Part shown: piece after piece, positions 42,108 through 57,821 of the stretch | How the letters are laid out: each line of letters starts with the position of its first letter | How positions within the stretch are numbered: position 1 is the first letter of the stretch | Source of the DNA: Eledone cirrhosa | Taxonomy: Eukaryota | DNA length: 64,000 nucleotides | NCBI GenBank assembly: GCA_964016885.1 | Contig: OZ024740.1 | Location: 177,754,001-177,818,000 of the forward strand | Direction of reading: 5' to 3' | Translations under genes and position numbers: made by a program | Notes under the pieces: generated by a model | What the model was told of the DNA's origin: nothing | Seen by the model: only the letters and a program-made list of their open reading frames with translations | The model's database searches: none

Positions 42108-43356
42108 TACAGGGATGTTCTGGAGGATGGTGTCAAAGGCCTCATTGTTGAGGGGGTTGTGTGTGGAGATGTATGGAAGAGCTTTTAGTTTTGGTTGATT
42201 TACTTTAGGGTGTCTAAGGTCCTGGGTACTGAGTTTTAGGGCACGTTGGATTCCATTGTCAATTAGTGATGCAGGGTAGTCCCTGCCTATGAGTGTGTCC
42301 TTTAGTTCTTGTAGCCGTAAGTAGCAGATGTTTTTATTGGAGACTATAGTACAGATTCTCTTGGCTAAGTTGTAGGGAATATTAATTTTAACGTGTCTAG
42401 GGTGGCAAGAGTTGAAGGGGAGATATTTCTTGGAGTCTGTGGGCTTGTAGTATATGTCTGTTTCTATTTTTTTGTGTTATGGATCTTAATGAGGATGTCG
42501 AGGAAGGGGAGTTGTTGATGGCTGTATTCCATCGTGAAGTTAATATTTGTGTTGAGCCCATTTATAAGGGTGTGAAATTCTTTAAGTTTTTCGATGTTTT
42601 CGTGCCAAAGGATGAAGCAGTCATCTAGATATCGCTTCCAGTTCCTTTCAATGTGTAAGTGGAGGGTGTTTCCAAATTTGTTTAGGACTTTAATGTAGAG
42701 GGTGATTTCCAGGTATCCCATGACTAGGTTGGCATAAGTGCGGGCTGTTTTCGTTCCCATAGCAGTCCCAGATTTCTGCCTGTAGGGTTTGTTATTGAAA
42801 ACGAAGTAATTGTTCTCCAAGATAAATTTGAGTCCCTCTATCACGAATTCTTTTTTGATGCGTTGTGGGAGTTCATTGTGGAAGTTATCCAGCCAGAATT
42901 GGATAGCTTCTATTCCTAGGTTGTGGGGGATGTTGGAGTATAGGTTGACTACATCGAACGTCACTAGTAGGGTTTATTCAGAAAGTGGCATATTAGGGAG
43001 GTGATTGAGCATATCTAGGTCGTCCCTTATATAGCTTTTGATGTGCTTGAGGAAGGGTTTGAGAAGGGTATCAATGAAGTTTCTAAGACGGTGCGTTTCG
43101 CAAGCAGGGCCTGCTATTATAGGTCTTAATTTGAGATCATTGGGTGAGGGACATTCATGACTATGTCTGTGGCTTCCTTGCATGCCTTACTTATTGATTC
43201 GCTTTTATGTACTTTGGGGATACCGTAGAAAAGGCTGGATTTACTTGTGAAGTCTGTGATGAAGCTGAATTCCTTGTTAGTGAGTCCTTCTTTGTATTGG
43301 TTGACTAGAGTTTTTAGGTTTCTCATAATTTTCTGTTGATTGTAGTGTTCAGCCTT

Positions 43357-43595
<239 letters not shown>

Positions 43596-43634
43596 TGTTA
43601 TTCTCCGAAGTTAGACCGTCTCTCCGTGCCAGCC

Positions 43635-43672
<38 letters not shown>

Positions 43673-43833
43673 AATGAAAGTACAGAATATTCGAAGTTCG
43701 AGCAGCAGATAAGCCAACGAATGCCTTCAGCAGTGCAACCAAGCACTCGACAAGGTATAGACCTCAGTGTAATAACATACATTTTATAGGGCTTTGCAAA
43801 TTGAAGATAGCGACCGTTAATTCAGCCGCGTGA

Positions 43834-43905
<72 letters not shown>

Positions 43906-44068
43906 TGTGTGTGTGTGTGTATATGTATGGTATGCTATGGTCCCATAACTCCTGATAGAGCTATAGGGGCCACGTATTGACATACCTATGTATGTACATA
44001 TATCCATATAGTTACTTTTTAATTGTGCTCTCTCTCTCTCTCTCCCTGTCCCCCTTTCTCTCTCTCAT

Positions 44069-44192
<124 letters not shown>

Positions 44193-44330
44193 TTGTCTTC
44201 TCATTCATGTTATCCTTTACAGATACAAACGTATATACACACACAGAGACAGATAAAGACAGAGAGACAAGCTCACACATAGCCATATAAGCACAGACAC
44301 ACATTCACGCACATACACACATACACATAA

Positions 44331-45163
<833 letters not shown>

Positions 45164-45402
45164 ACAATTATTTTAAGTATGTATGCATGTCTCCATATCA
45201 TATAGACTGTATTCTTTCTTTTCGTCGAAAACCAAACTTCACTGATGCACGGTGATAAGCTAGAAAAGTAGAACATTCTTTTTCCAGAAAATTAATATTT
45301 CCTTAAAGACGAAAAACAACATGTAGACTTGGAAGCAAATATATATATATATATAATGTGTGTATGTGTGTGTGTATATTTATATATATCCATCCATACA
45401 TC

Positions 45403-45446
<44 letters not shown>

Positions 45447-45475
45447 CCTAAATATATAAATATACATATATAAAT

Positions 45476-45589
<114 letters not shown>

Positions 45590-45631
45590 AAATATATAAA
45601 TATACATATATAAATATATATATATATAAAT

Positions 45632-45689
<58 letters not shown>

Positions 45690-46659
45690 TTATACACACA
45701 CATATATATATGTATATATACACAAAAATAAGTACAAGGTAAATAAGTAAATAAATAGCTAATGAGAAAATAATTCACATGGTTTTAATAGCTAAGTACT
45801 TTTATAAAACAAACTGCATCAAAGGAAGTTTTGCTTTTACAACGTCCCATTATGCTTGTACACAATAGGGAGAAACGCATGTCTTCTGCTGCAGTGTTGT
45901 TAATAATGCATTCTAGATAGACTGCTGTAGCGTTTGTTTGCTTTTTTTATTATTTCTTTTTCTCTTTGGCTCTGTCAAGCCGCCTCCTTCTTTCCAACAC
46001 TTTATTTTGCTCTGAAAGCAGCAATGCTTGAACCAAAGGGGAAGGATATTCATGGTTGCTCAAATGTTAAAGATGGCAGCCAAATCTGTTTCATACCTTA
46101 CTATCCTGACAAAAACATCACAGAACTGTCATGCCTGTAAACAAGTTTCATCATAGGTTTTTTCGGTTTATTCATGAATGCCTTGTGGCGTTAAACAATA
46201 ATAAGAACAGGAGCAAAAGTAGCAGTAGAGAGATTCCTTACAGCCCACATTTTCCTGACTCGAACTCTATTAATGAATGAACAAAAAATCTCAGCGTGGC
46301 TATTCGATCTGCCAAAAATAGCAGCCAATTCTCTTCTAAATAAGTAATTTGACATGCTGGATAATGTGATGCTGGTTTGACTATGATTTTAAAGGAAGAC
46401 AACATATTTTTAATCATAAACCTACTCGGTCAGGATTAACTTGCAGCTTTGCAACAAAAAACGTCCAATACATATTTACAACACCTACATCGATGATGAC
46501 ATCGATGATGACGATCAACGACAACAGCAGCAGTGACCATAAGAACAATGAAAATGACCATGACAACTACAACAATAACAGCAACGCACAAAGAGAATTT
46601 TAAGCTGAAAATCTACCGCCTTTTCATCATCAGTTTTTAAGAAGGCCTCAATAATAACG

Positions 46660-46795
46660 GTTTCTGATTTAGACACAAGGCCAACAATTTTGGAGGAGGG
46701 GAAAGTCGATTAAATCGACCCCAGTGTACTACTGGTACTGTATTTTATCGACCCCGTAAGGATGACAGGTAAAGCTAACCTCGGCGGGATTTGAA
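46660..46795 (-). mobile_element. 5'-truncated SINE S1 with a probable target-site duplication
   Basis: S1 motif. gaaggcctcaataataac occurs on both sides (about 46641 and about 46793). Confidence 0.75.
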
Positions 46796-48404
46796 GGCCT
46801 CAATAATAACAAAATTATATTGTTTTTCTGTTAGATTTGCACACGACAGCAAATCTGTAAGAAAGGTAATATCGCCAATTGTACAACTCCCATAATGTAG
46901 ACCTAGATTTTGAGGATGTATCCTATATCGGTTTCCATTCAGTAGCACGATAACATGAACTATGTAGACGACAAATTTACGTGCAAATCGCTAAATAATC
47001 TATAGATACGTACGTCCTTATGTAGTTCACAAGCCGAATCAGCGTGACATGATATGTGAAAGAACCGGACATTTACTGTCTCTTTGCATAATGTTGTAAG
47101 TGGTTGAATATTTCATGTTGATGTTCTCATGAGATCGAACCAGCGTGACACAATATGTGACGAGAGCAGGCCTTTGAACTACAGATGAAATCGATACGGT
47201 GGACTTCCAAACAGTTTCTGTCTACCCAATATATTTAAGCAAAAAAGGAGGCTCGAACGTGGAATCTCTTGATTGCAAAAAAACGTTCCTAACCACACAG
47301 TGACGACTTTGCTATTGCTCATGTCTTAAATCTTGAATAGAAAAAAAACTGGTTGATCGAAGCTGTAATACCTTTGATCATAGGTCTCCAAGACTAGGCC
47401 TGATCTTGGACGAAACAAGAACAGATTTATGGACATATTTGTTTGTTGTGAAAACTCCTGCCAACACAGACGAATTACAGTGATCTGGAATTCTAATTAT
47501 TAACGGTTTATATAATAGTATTTGCCTTTTACTTGGATTTACTGCAGCTTATTGTTGCTGTTGATGTCATCCCCAATCTTGTAGAGAAAATATATTTAAT
47601 TTTATTCTATCATCGACACACCGAATTCGCGCTAAATTCTTAAAGCCTCCATCAACTTTATAAAAAGAAATGATATATGATGCAAGTACTAAAATTGAGT
47701 TAAAACAGAGATGACGCACATGTTGAATTGACTCACAAAAAAATAAGCCTACAGCAATTCAGTGCACTTTGGCACAAACTTTACACAAGCAACAATGAAA
47801 GGCACTCTATCTTGAAGAAATAAGACATGCTCTAGTGTGGTGCATATTTCTAAATAGCCTGAAAAACCTGTTGCACACAAGCGGGTCATATATGGCAAAT
47901 AAATGTGCTGCGACACAACGGTTGAAAACTTTTGTAATATACCTAGGATCAAAGATGTTCTAGTCGGGATCATATCATATTTCTTCAGACGTACTCTACT
48001 TGGAATGATATTAAAGAAAATTTTGTTTCACTTTTAAATAATGTGAACTAACACCATAAGCAAGCGAAAGGCCAATTAATATATATATTTATATGAGTGT
48101 GTGTGTATGGGTGTGTGTCTGTCTGTCTGTGTGCGTGCGCGTGTGTTGATCAGACAAGGAAGAGCCATGGTCCAGGATCTCTGCAGGTTCTTCAAGACTG
48201 GTGGCACTGATACTAATAAAGCCCCAACCAAGTCCGCAGAAACTTTTTCTCAATAGTACCAAAAACTTTGTTTAAAAAGTGCCAAAATATACGAAACGTA
48301 CCAAATCCAATTACCCCCTTCCAAAAATCACACAGAAACAAACACTCCACCCTTCACTCACGTCCTAACACCAGTGCCCCATCCTAGATTTACTTCTCCA
48401 ATCC

Positions 48405-48490
<86 letters not shown>

Positions 48491-48492
<2 letters not shown>

Positions 48493-49045
48493 TAGCTGAG
48501 GTACCCAGCTTCGCTAGGGTTAACAAATGATAAAAGAAGACCGGCAGAAGAGAAAACGTCTGTATTGAATGCATTGTCTTGTTTACAGTGTGTGTGTATT
48601 GTGTATGTGTATGTGTCTGTGTGTGAGTGTTCGTGAGTGCGTGTGTGTGTTTATATATGTGTGTGTATATATATATATATATGTGTGTGCCTGTGTGAGT
48701 GTGAGTGTGTGTGCCTGTGTGACTATTCGTGTGTGTGCGTGTGCGTGTGTGTGTGTGTCTAAACCACCGTTGGAAACGAAGACATAGGCCGTGAAACACG
48801 ATCATCACTGACAACAAACTCGAGAGAGAATCCCTTATGGTTGATTCCCAACCTGCTAGAAATAGCAGTCAGGTTGGTTAGCATATGTGGTATGTCTTTC
48901 TTCTTCTTTGGTGTTATAAAATTAGTATGAATAAACTTTCCTGGATATACTCTTATCCCAATCCTGTACATACTTTCCGATTGTCACTTCGTTTTTTTCG
49001 TGTGATACGCGAAGGAACCAACCAACAAACATCTCTCTTTTATAT
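48491..49045 (+). mobile_element. Non-autonomous Helitron/Helentron-like element
   Basis: Starts in (TA)n with actagctgaggtacccagcttcgctagggtt and ends accaaccaacaaacatctctcttttatat. Confidence 0.5.
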
Positions 49046-49788
49046 CTCTTTTATTTGTTCATTCAAAATATTTTTCAGCTAATTCTGTCGTACAATATAC
49101 ATCAGCAATCGTTATCTAATGTTTAAAACATATGAATAGCTGCGATATATGCACCATATCAATCAAAAACGATATGAGAATTGAATACCATACTAAAGCG
49201 CCAGTAAGCTTGCTAAGAAACTGCAGATAGAAATGTTAATAAAGACAACATTTGGCTTGGGTAAACTTTAAGATGTTCTTTCATTGTAGGTTTCTTTTCT
49301 CAGCCAGTGCGTTAAAGAAAATTGATAGTTACAACAATAAAGATTAAACAGAGAACAAATTTTTTAACAAACTTTACAATAATATGTACTGGAAATAATG
49401 GAAATTCCAAGTAACAGAAAATACATAAATTACATTGTTAGAGCCTCAGAGTATACAATATTTTTGTTCGGCTCTCGGGAGCAAAGATGAAGAGATTGTT
49501 TGGCGAGCTCACTCGAGAGCATCCTACATACAATTGACCATGGTTTTCCCAGATGAAGGCCAGCCACATTTAGGGTTTGACCCTGTTGATGGTAATCGCG
49601 AAGCTTAGTCTCTCTGTTGCTCTAGTAACATTTTTTCTTCTGGAAAATCTGATCTTGCGGCTAGGCTAGGATGTTTGGGTGGCATATCGGCAGTAACAAT
49701 GACGATAAGCCGCCTGTGCTTTCGTTAAATAAATACGTTTGTTTATATTTTGTTTTTGTGTATGCAAAAATATCTGTACCTGAATATA

Positions 49789-49845
<57 letters not shown>

Positions 49846-49851
49846 TATATA

Positions 49852-50030
49852 TATTAAAATAACAGATGAAAGTTTAAGCAAAGAATCGCTGCTTTCACCC
49901 TTAACGGGATCTTCTGAAACTTAAAAAAATCAATCTGTGAACGCAGAAGTAAATATTTCGAAAAACGTTGGAACCGAAAGAAAACAGGAAGATGATACTT
50001 TGGTTCGTGAAGACGTTAAGAATGTCGTAT
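49852..50030 (-). mobile_element. Family A single arm with CAGAAGA hammerhead-like motif (49870-49922)
   Basis: Near-identical to 31314-31480. Abuts (TA)n. Confidence 0.8.
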
Positions 50031-50337
50031 AACCGGAAGTGTTGACATTAGAAAATGTTAAAGAAGTGAATATTTAAATAATGTCTTTAATCTTTTAACA
50101 AAATTCAGTAGACAAAAATACCCTCACTTTCTTACTTGGAAAAAGTTACATCTATGGTGCAAATTTGGTGCCGTTTGTTCCAGCCGCTTGGCGGAAAGTT
50201 TGTTACTTACATACGGCCGTAAGCTTTATAGTATAGATATATATATATGTATGTAAAGGGTAAACAGAAATAACAACACAATCGGTACAGTATATGGAAG
50301 GTATATTAGGTTAACGCTTGATATAGCAGGAAGAGGG

Positions 50338-50373
50338 TCTTAACGTTTCGAACGCTGGTCCTTCATCAGAAGA
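50338..50373 (-). ncRNA. Minimal type I hammerhead motif (family F) in a segment of about 220 bp flanked by TA repeats
   Basis: Minus strand: TCTT-CTGATGA-A-GGA(ccagcg)TTC-GAAA-CG-TT-AAGA, with palindromic AACGTT. Confidence 0.6.
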
Positions 50374-50471
50374 AAGAATGAGAAATAAAATAGATTGAGG
50401 AGACGGGCGGGTTGGAATTGGAAAAAATGTCTTTAGATAAAAATAACAGGTCCATTCATGTTGACATCTCT

Positions 50472-50512
<41 letters not shown>

Positions 50513-51393
50513 TTTAAACTTTCCAATATAGAAAAAAATAAGACCGTGTGATTACGTCACTCGATTTGCAATTATGTGATTTCATGTTCAATCCCTTTTA
50601 CGAGGCACATAGGGAAAGTGTCTACTACAGACTTGGATGAAACAACATTATAACTTGAAACTCCAAGAAAGTGTATTCTATTCTTGAATGGCAAACTTAA
50701 AACACCACTAGGTTTAAACCAAGATTTTCCTTTAGTTGTCTCTAACATCTTGGGCCAAGACAGATAAAAATTCCTCGGTTCCTCTCACGAGTTTCGGAGA
50801 CTTAGTCATAGATAAACATCATCATCATCATCATCATCATCGTTACCCCCCTCTTTCTCCAACTCATCTTTTCTTCCTTTTCTCGTTTACCTCCTCCTCC
50901 ATTTCTCTTTTTCCTCCACCTCCTTTTCTCATTTTCCCCCTCCTACTCCTCCTCAGACAGACGTATAATATTAATTTTAAATAACACTATATACTCCTCC
51001 CAATCCATGGATGAATTGTTTTGTATATTGTGAAGCTATCCAACTGTAAAGCACCTGCTGCAACGAGCCATGCAAATTAAAAGTTAATTTGCACCATCAC
51101 CGACCTCAAGCGAAGTTGGTAAAATAGATATAATAACAAATATATTAATGTTCGGCTTAAATAACAAAATTGAATATCTCTTTTGTCATAAAACGTATCA
51201 CTGACTGACGTAACAATAAATGTTTATTTATATACTAATACACATATATTCAAACACCTATACATATATATATATATTGTGTAGGTGGGGTGTGTGTGTA
51301 TGTATACATACGTGTATGTGTGTGTATATATGTATGTGTGTGTGTATGTATACATGCGTATGTATACATACGTGCATATATGTATATGCAGGT

Positions 51394-51506
<113 letters not shown>

Positions 51507-51567
51507 TGTGTATATGTATATATACATATATATACATACACACACAGACATTATATATATATATATA

Positions 51568-51644
51568 CAGGGTGTCCCAAAAACATGTATACACATATTT
51601 ATTAGAATGCTGTTGAAGTATGTATACTTTTTTGGGACAGCCTG
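51568..51644. mobile_element. 77-bp Tc1/mariner MITE
   Basis: TIR CAGGGTGTCCCAAAAA ... TTTTTGGGACAGCCTG, TA on both sides. Confidence 0.75.
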
Positions 51645-53303
51645 TATATATATACATTTCAGCTCGCTACTATATTGCTATATAATGGATGATCGCATTT
51701 AAAGTCCGTTAAAGGTTCTTGGCACTACCATTGTTACCATCGCTTTCCTCTAGCCATGGGGCTTGGAGACATGAACCGAATGCTATCATTCTATTTTATA
51801 TCAATATGAACTGCTATTTCTAATAGCCATCTTTTCACGCCTTGATAATTTGTGTGTGAGACACGTTGGCTGAGTGCTTCTGACAGGAACGAAAAGATTG
51901 ATTCTTTTTAGTTCCCGTCCCCACGTAAAATTTGTAAATCAGTGGCTAGTTGAGAGATAGAGCCCTATCGGGTGCCAGTTGCTAATAGCTTTACCGTGTC
52001 AGTCGTCACAAACAGTCATGGCTGGCATAGACTGGTCTTAGGATTCTGTCGATCGATTGGTTATTGATTAGGCGATACCCGCTGATGAAGCCGCATAAGC
52101 CGATTGTGCATTGTTGCATAATATATGTAGACAGATGGTGCAGTGCACCTTACTGCTGCATTAGTGCGGCAGAAACTCGAATCCGGGAACCTTATAGGCA
52201 CCCGTTTTAAGTGTGTTGTGTTGAAGCAAATAACTTTGTGCATACTCTGGTAATGTATCGTATATTGCCCATGGAGTGCGCTGAGATACAACCGGTACTG
52301 GCATTGATAAATATGCTGGGTCCGGCAACACTTATTATATATATATATATGTGGGTGAGGGGGGGGGGTGAGTTCTGTCGAAAAAGTATTTGCTCGTAGG
52401 CTTGATGGAGTGGGAATATTAATTAATAACTTGGCTGGATTCAATTGCTAATATCCTTCGAATTAAATGCCTTGTGCCTCCAGAAGCACCCCAGCTAGGT
52501 CCCTTCCTTCTGCCTCCACACACAGCCTAACTAAGTCTGGGACTCCACACACAGCCTAGCGAGGTCCCTTGTAATTCAATACATAGACAAGTTAGGCTCC
52601 TTGACCACCACCACCACCACCACCATCATACACACACACGCCAGCTATCCATCCTTATACTATTTCAAACATGTCTGGAATATTCTTCTGAAATTTTTCT
52701 CAGTTCTGCCGTCGCAATCCACCTGATATCCTCTTGGCACGCAAAGCAGGAGATTGTTAGCGGCATTTTAATTTCTGAATTAATAAATGGAAGTCAGAAG
52801 GTGTCATGTCAGGAGAGAAGGAACAAAATTCTGATCTGGCCCTTATGAAATTTAAGGTTTCCACATATTCTTGTGTAACTGTTCTCCTTCTAGTGCCTAT
52901 TAGTAATGTGCGTCTCGGTAGCCTAAATTAACATTGAGCATCACCTTGATTTAGAAACAGTCAAGGTGTGCTTTTTAGGGGTCTTAGTCACTTACCCTGC
53001 TTCTAATGTGACAGATTTCGTTTCTTTGTGGTACCTGTACACCTACATCTCATGTCCAATTATCACGGTATCCAGGAGCCCAGTGCCTTTGTTAGTAGTA
53101 TATAAAGAAAATTTGACGAATAAGTTGTATAGCATCTTACCCGACTGAACTACCCGACTGTGACTGACTCAGTCAGAAAGCTCGACAGAAACCATGTACG
53201 CCCATTAATGTATGTGGTTCCATTCGTCATATTTCTGTCTTTTTAACGTCATTACTTCCCAGGGAAAAATATATGTACCTGGATAATTTTTCCACACACA
53301 CAC

Positions 53304-53339
<36 letters not shown>

Positions 53340-53600
53340 GTATCCAGGAAGTGTAACGCGGAGTTACTGTAGGCTCACCCGGTGAGCACTCGATGTTTAG
53401 GTTCAAGTCAGTATCGAGGTGTAGAGCTAAACAGAGTGTAATATAATAATAGAAGAACGAATGGCTCCTCCTTCGTTACGTTTATTGGTTGGTGGCGCGC
53501 GTTTCGCTACTGATCAGCTCAAGGTTCGATCTGTATCGATCTGGCCCGACTCTAATCAAAAGCTCGTCGGACCTCTGTAGTAGTGATGACAGAAGTGATA
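53340..53600 (-). mobile_element. Short TA-flanked element (family H) with a degenerate hammerhead motif at 53491-53573
   Basis: Minus strand: GGT-CCGACGA-GCT...AGC-GAAA-CGCGCG-CC-ACC (two U-to-C changes from consensus). Shares gagctgatc and catcgagtgctcacc with 56375-56580. Confidence 0.5.
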
Positions 53601-53603
53601 CAT

Positions 53604-53634
<31 letters not shown>

Positions 53635-54238
53635 GTGTGTATGTGTGTGGGGGGGCGTGGGGGGGCGTGTGTGTATGTGTGTGTAGAATGTGATTTAGAA
53701 GGCAAAAGGAGTACGATTTTGCGTCTTATTTGTCCACGAAAATCTTCCCTTCCTTGACTTAGGTTGCTGAAAGTAAGAATCAGAACTATCAACCACCCCT
53801 AGGTTGCAGACATAGTCACAATCTTTGCAATAGAGTGTACTCTGCAAAAGCACTCAAGACCAGGTGATAGTATTAAAACTGACGACATATTACGTCTACG
53901 TGCCCCACCTTACTATCCCCCGCTACAATCCTCTGTATTTTTATTTGTTTGTAAACAATGGCAACAATAAACTGAAACGAATTAAACTGCATTCAATTGA
54001 ATTCTCTTATTTAAACAGAGTTTTTCTTCTGTTTATGCCTTTCTATTTCTTCATGTCTGATTCGCACCTTTTTTTCTCTTATTTGCTTCTACCGCGTTCT
54101 ATCCATCACCTTTCTCTTTCCCTGACACTCTCCCCTCCACCCCCGTGTGACACCCCCCACTACCTTTTATGTCTTTCTCCTTTCTCTTCGCCCCTATTTT
54201 CCTTATATATATATATATATATATATAATATTTATATC

Positions 54239-54388
<150 letters not shown>

Positions 54389-54552
54389 TTATATATATAT
54401 TCTATCATGACCTTTCTGATTTCTCCCTCCCTTCGACACTTTCATCTCTTCCTTTTTCTCTATATTTCGTTCACTGAACCATATATAAATGCTATCGATT
54501 AACATTTAAAAACACTACAAATTCATTTATTTCTTTTTGCACATATTGCCTG

Positions 54553-54635
<83 letters not shown>

Positions 54636-54654
54636 CACACACACATATATATAT

Positions 54655-54785
<131 letters not shown>

Positions 54786-55377
54786 CATACATCATGCACA
54801 TTTATTTTGCCCACAAGTATAAACGTATATACTGATCCATGTATTTCTTTCATCACATATTTATGATTTAATAGTTGCAACATACTCTTCTATTATTGTA
54901 TAATATTCATAGAAAGTTATTGTATAATTATTATTTTAAACAGAAGAAGGACGAGTGGTAACATAAACGGTAGAGAACGCCGTGATGTTTATTTTCCCCA
55001 ATTTATGTTCTGAGTTCAAATGTTATTGGGTGGTTCTATTTTAATTTAAACCTTTTGTTACCATGCTTCTACTAGAAGACACTGCTTTTGATATTCAAAT
55101 AATTTGGAAAATAATCAAATATTAGGAGCCATATAGTAATAGAAGTCATGTTCTAACTTAGATGGTGATTGAAATAAGATTAAGTAAAAGTTTTTTATAT
55201 GAAATTGATATAGGATTTTTATTTAAATATAAACACTTTAAAACAAACAATTTTGCATCATAGAATGAGGTTGGTTTGGTACCAAAGCGGGTAATAAAAC
55301 TTGAGTCTATTTAATCATTACTAACTGTTGTTGAGGTTTAGGTTCAGGTCAGACAGGCAGATAAATAGATAGATAGA

Positions 55378-56373
55378 TGGCCATTATTGCAAAAGGGAGT
55401 TTATTGCTGCCTTATTTGCGCTTCTCTTCAGCTGTGGGTTCATCCAGAATCTTGGTCAGCAGAATGTCGATATGTCTCTTGAAAATATCTACAAGCACAC
55501 CACGTAGATTTCTCAGATTTTCTGGAAGCAGCTGCGGTCTCTTGAACCCCAGGCTATTGCAGTATATGGTCCTTATTCTTGATGTGATAGAGGGTACCTA
55601 TGGCTCTACACAGTGGCTGAGGACGAAATTCTTCTAGAGGACCAACATGGTTTTCAGGTCTCTTGTCCTGAAATGTATCAGAATCCAACCCAACAGTCAT
55701 CTGCATATTACAGTCAGTTTAGTGATGTGTGCGTGAAACAATGCACCATTGTTCATATTAATATCCTGTCCCGAATTGATTTTGACTTGGAAACTTCGAT
55801 AGCAAAGGGCTTGAAACTTACCCGCATTAAATTGCATGTTGTTTCCTTCAGCCCATTCGTATATGGCATCTAAATCTTGTTGTAAGAAAGTAGCATCAGC
55901 CGGTTTTGGGGTGCCTGTGTTACTTACATGTCATCAGCATAGCTTGCGATAGAGACTGTCTGTATTACAGAGGGTATGCCTGAGAAAGACACCACAAGCA
56001 GTAGTGACCCAAAATGGTTCCCTGGAGCACACCACTTGTTAATGACTTTTTCTTTGAGAGGGATCTGTTGATTGCAACAGTCTGGCTTGTGTATTTTAGG
56101 AAGTCATGAAGCTATTCACCTAGTTTACCAGCTATGCCAAAGCTACGTAGTTTGTGACATATCATTCCATGATCAACCTTGTCGAAGGCCTTCGCGAAGT
56201 TCAGATATATCACATCCATGTTCGAACGGTCTAACAGCTGTCTGAGTATCCAGTCATAATGCTGCAAGAGCTGCGTGAGGCAACTTCTTTAAGGATGAAA
56301 GCCATGTTGGGTGCCAGTTATACCATCATTTTCCTCGAGAAAAGTGATCAATTTCTTTCTGATGATTCGTTCC
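55378..56373 (-). pseudogene. CR1/Jockey-group LINE RT fragment with an internal deletion
   Basis: QHGF..RSCLTQLL, DVIYLNFAKAFDKVDHG, SGVLQGTILG, SYADD, and C-terminal IFKRHIDILLTKILDEP. Confidence 0.8.
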
Positions 56374-56580
56374 GATCCAGAGTCAGGTTCAATCGTTAAT
56401 AAATCGCTCCTCGAGCTGATCGACAGTGAATCATATGTGTTATGTAATTAAATACGTATATGATGCACCACTGATTCTATGTTCCCTTATATATTAATAT
56501 TATTGATACTCTGCTCCCCAAGAGCATCGAGTGCTCACCTGGCATACCACCTACGGACGCAATTAACTTGCACCTTAACA

Positions 56581-56613
<33 letters not shown>

Positions 56614-56619
<6 letters not shown>

Positions 56620-56970
56620 AGAAATTAAAAGTTGGTTAAAAAAGTTCCGTATATTTTATTATGCGCATTTCGAAAGCAACATCATCCTGGGACAAAAATT
56701 GTGTTCTCATCAGATAAAATAATGCAACATGATATGAGGCCTAAAAAAAAAACACTTGTCAACAAGAAAGTGTCCAGTTATTTTATCTGACGAGAACACA
56801 ATTTTTGTCCCAGGATGATGTTGTTTTCGAAATGCGCATAATAAAATATATGGAACTTGTTTAAACATCTTTTAATTTCTTCTTTAATATATATACTCCA
56901 GTTCTACCAACTCTTGAATGGTACTTATTTGATATATGCATAGGTTTATTGTTCTAGAATATTACTCACT
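56614..56970. mobile_element. Family G fold-back element: about 110-bp inverted arms, 55-bp spacer, right tail, in (TA)n
   Basis: 56614-56722 mirrors 56778-56886 with a few substitutions. Confidence 0.88.
56781..56846 (+). ncRNA. Type I hammerhead motif (family G); mirror copy at 56654-56719 on the minus strand
   Basis: TTTTAT-CTGACGA-GAAC...TTTC-GAAA-TGCGCA-TA-ATAAAA. The mirror has CTGATGA, which differs only at the free core position 7. Confidence 0.8.
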
Positions 56971-57149
56971 ATATATATATATAAATGACTGGTCACTGCA
57001 GTTTCTGTCAACCTAATTTCCCTCACAAAGCATTAATCAACCTGAAGCTGTAGCTAAAGACACTTGCTGAAGGTGCCACGAAGCGGGACTTAAGGTGAAG
57101 TCCTTAACTACACATCCATGCTTGTTTTCTCTTTACATTCTATTTTCTA

Positions 57150-57338
57150 TGGTGGATTGGAGGTATCGTTAGAGGCTCGGACGCCATGTTTTGCAGCATG
57201 GAGTTACGGACCTTTACGATCTGAGTTCAAATCCCGCCGTGATTAACTTTGCCTTTCATCCTTACGGGGTCGATAAATAAAGTACCAGTAATGCACTGCG
57301 ATAATTGCTGGCCTTGTGCCGAAAGTAGAAATAATTAT
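57150..57338 (+). mobile_element. tRNA-derived SINE S1, apparently full length
   Basis: A-box-like TGGAGGTATCGTTAG, B-box GAGTTCAAATCCC, central gcctttcatccttacggggtcgataaa, end gccttgtgccgaaagtagaaataattat. Confidence 0.8.
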
Positions 57339-57668
57339 ATTTTCTAGGGTGTCACTTTGTCTCGTCTCTTGAATTTCTTTAACCTTTTTTTTAACCTTTT
57401 CTTATACCTTACTTCTTTCGTCTGACGTCATTTCATCTCTTTAAAACTTACTTAGCTTGATCTTCTGGATTTTTCCCTCCCAATTTATGATATATCTATG
57501 TATTATTTCCTTTATTCTTATTGTTATTTATATCTGTGTCATATTGTATATACTAGGATATATATGTGTGTGCCCGTTTCTATACATTTATGGCTACAAA
57601 AATATATACACACCCAACCACACAGACACGCACACAAACACATACACACCCAAATACACACACACGCA

Positions 57669-57704
<36 letters not shown>

Positions 57705-57765
57705 TATATATATATTTGTCTATGCATACCCATGTCTATATGTATGTATATTTACATACATACAC

Positions 57766-57821
<56 letters not shown>

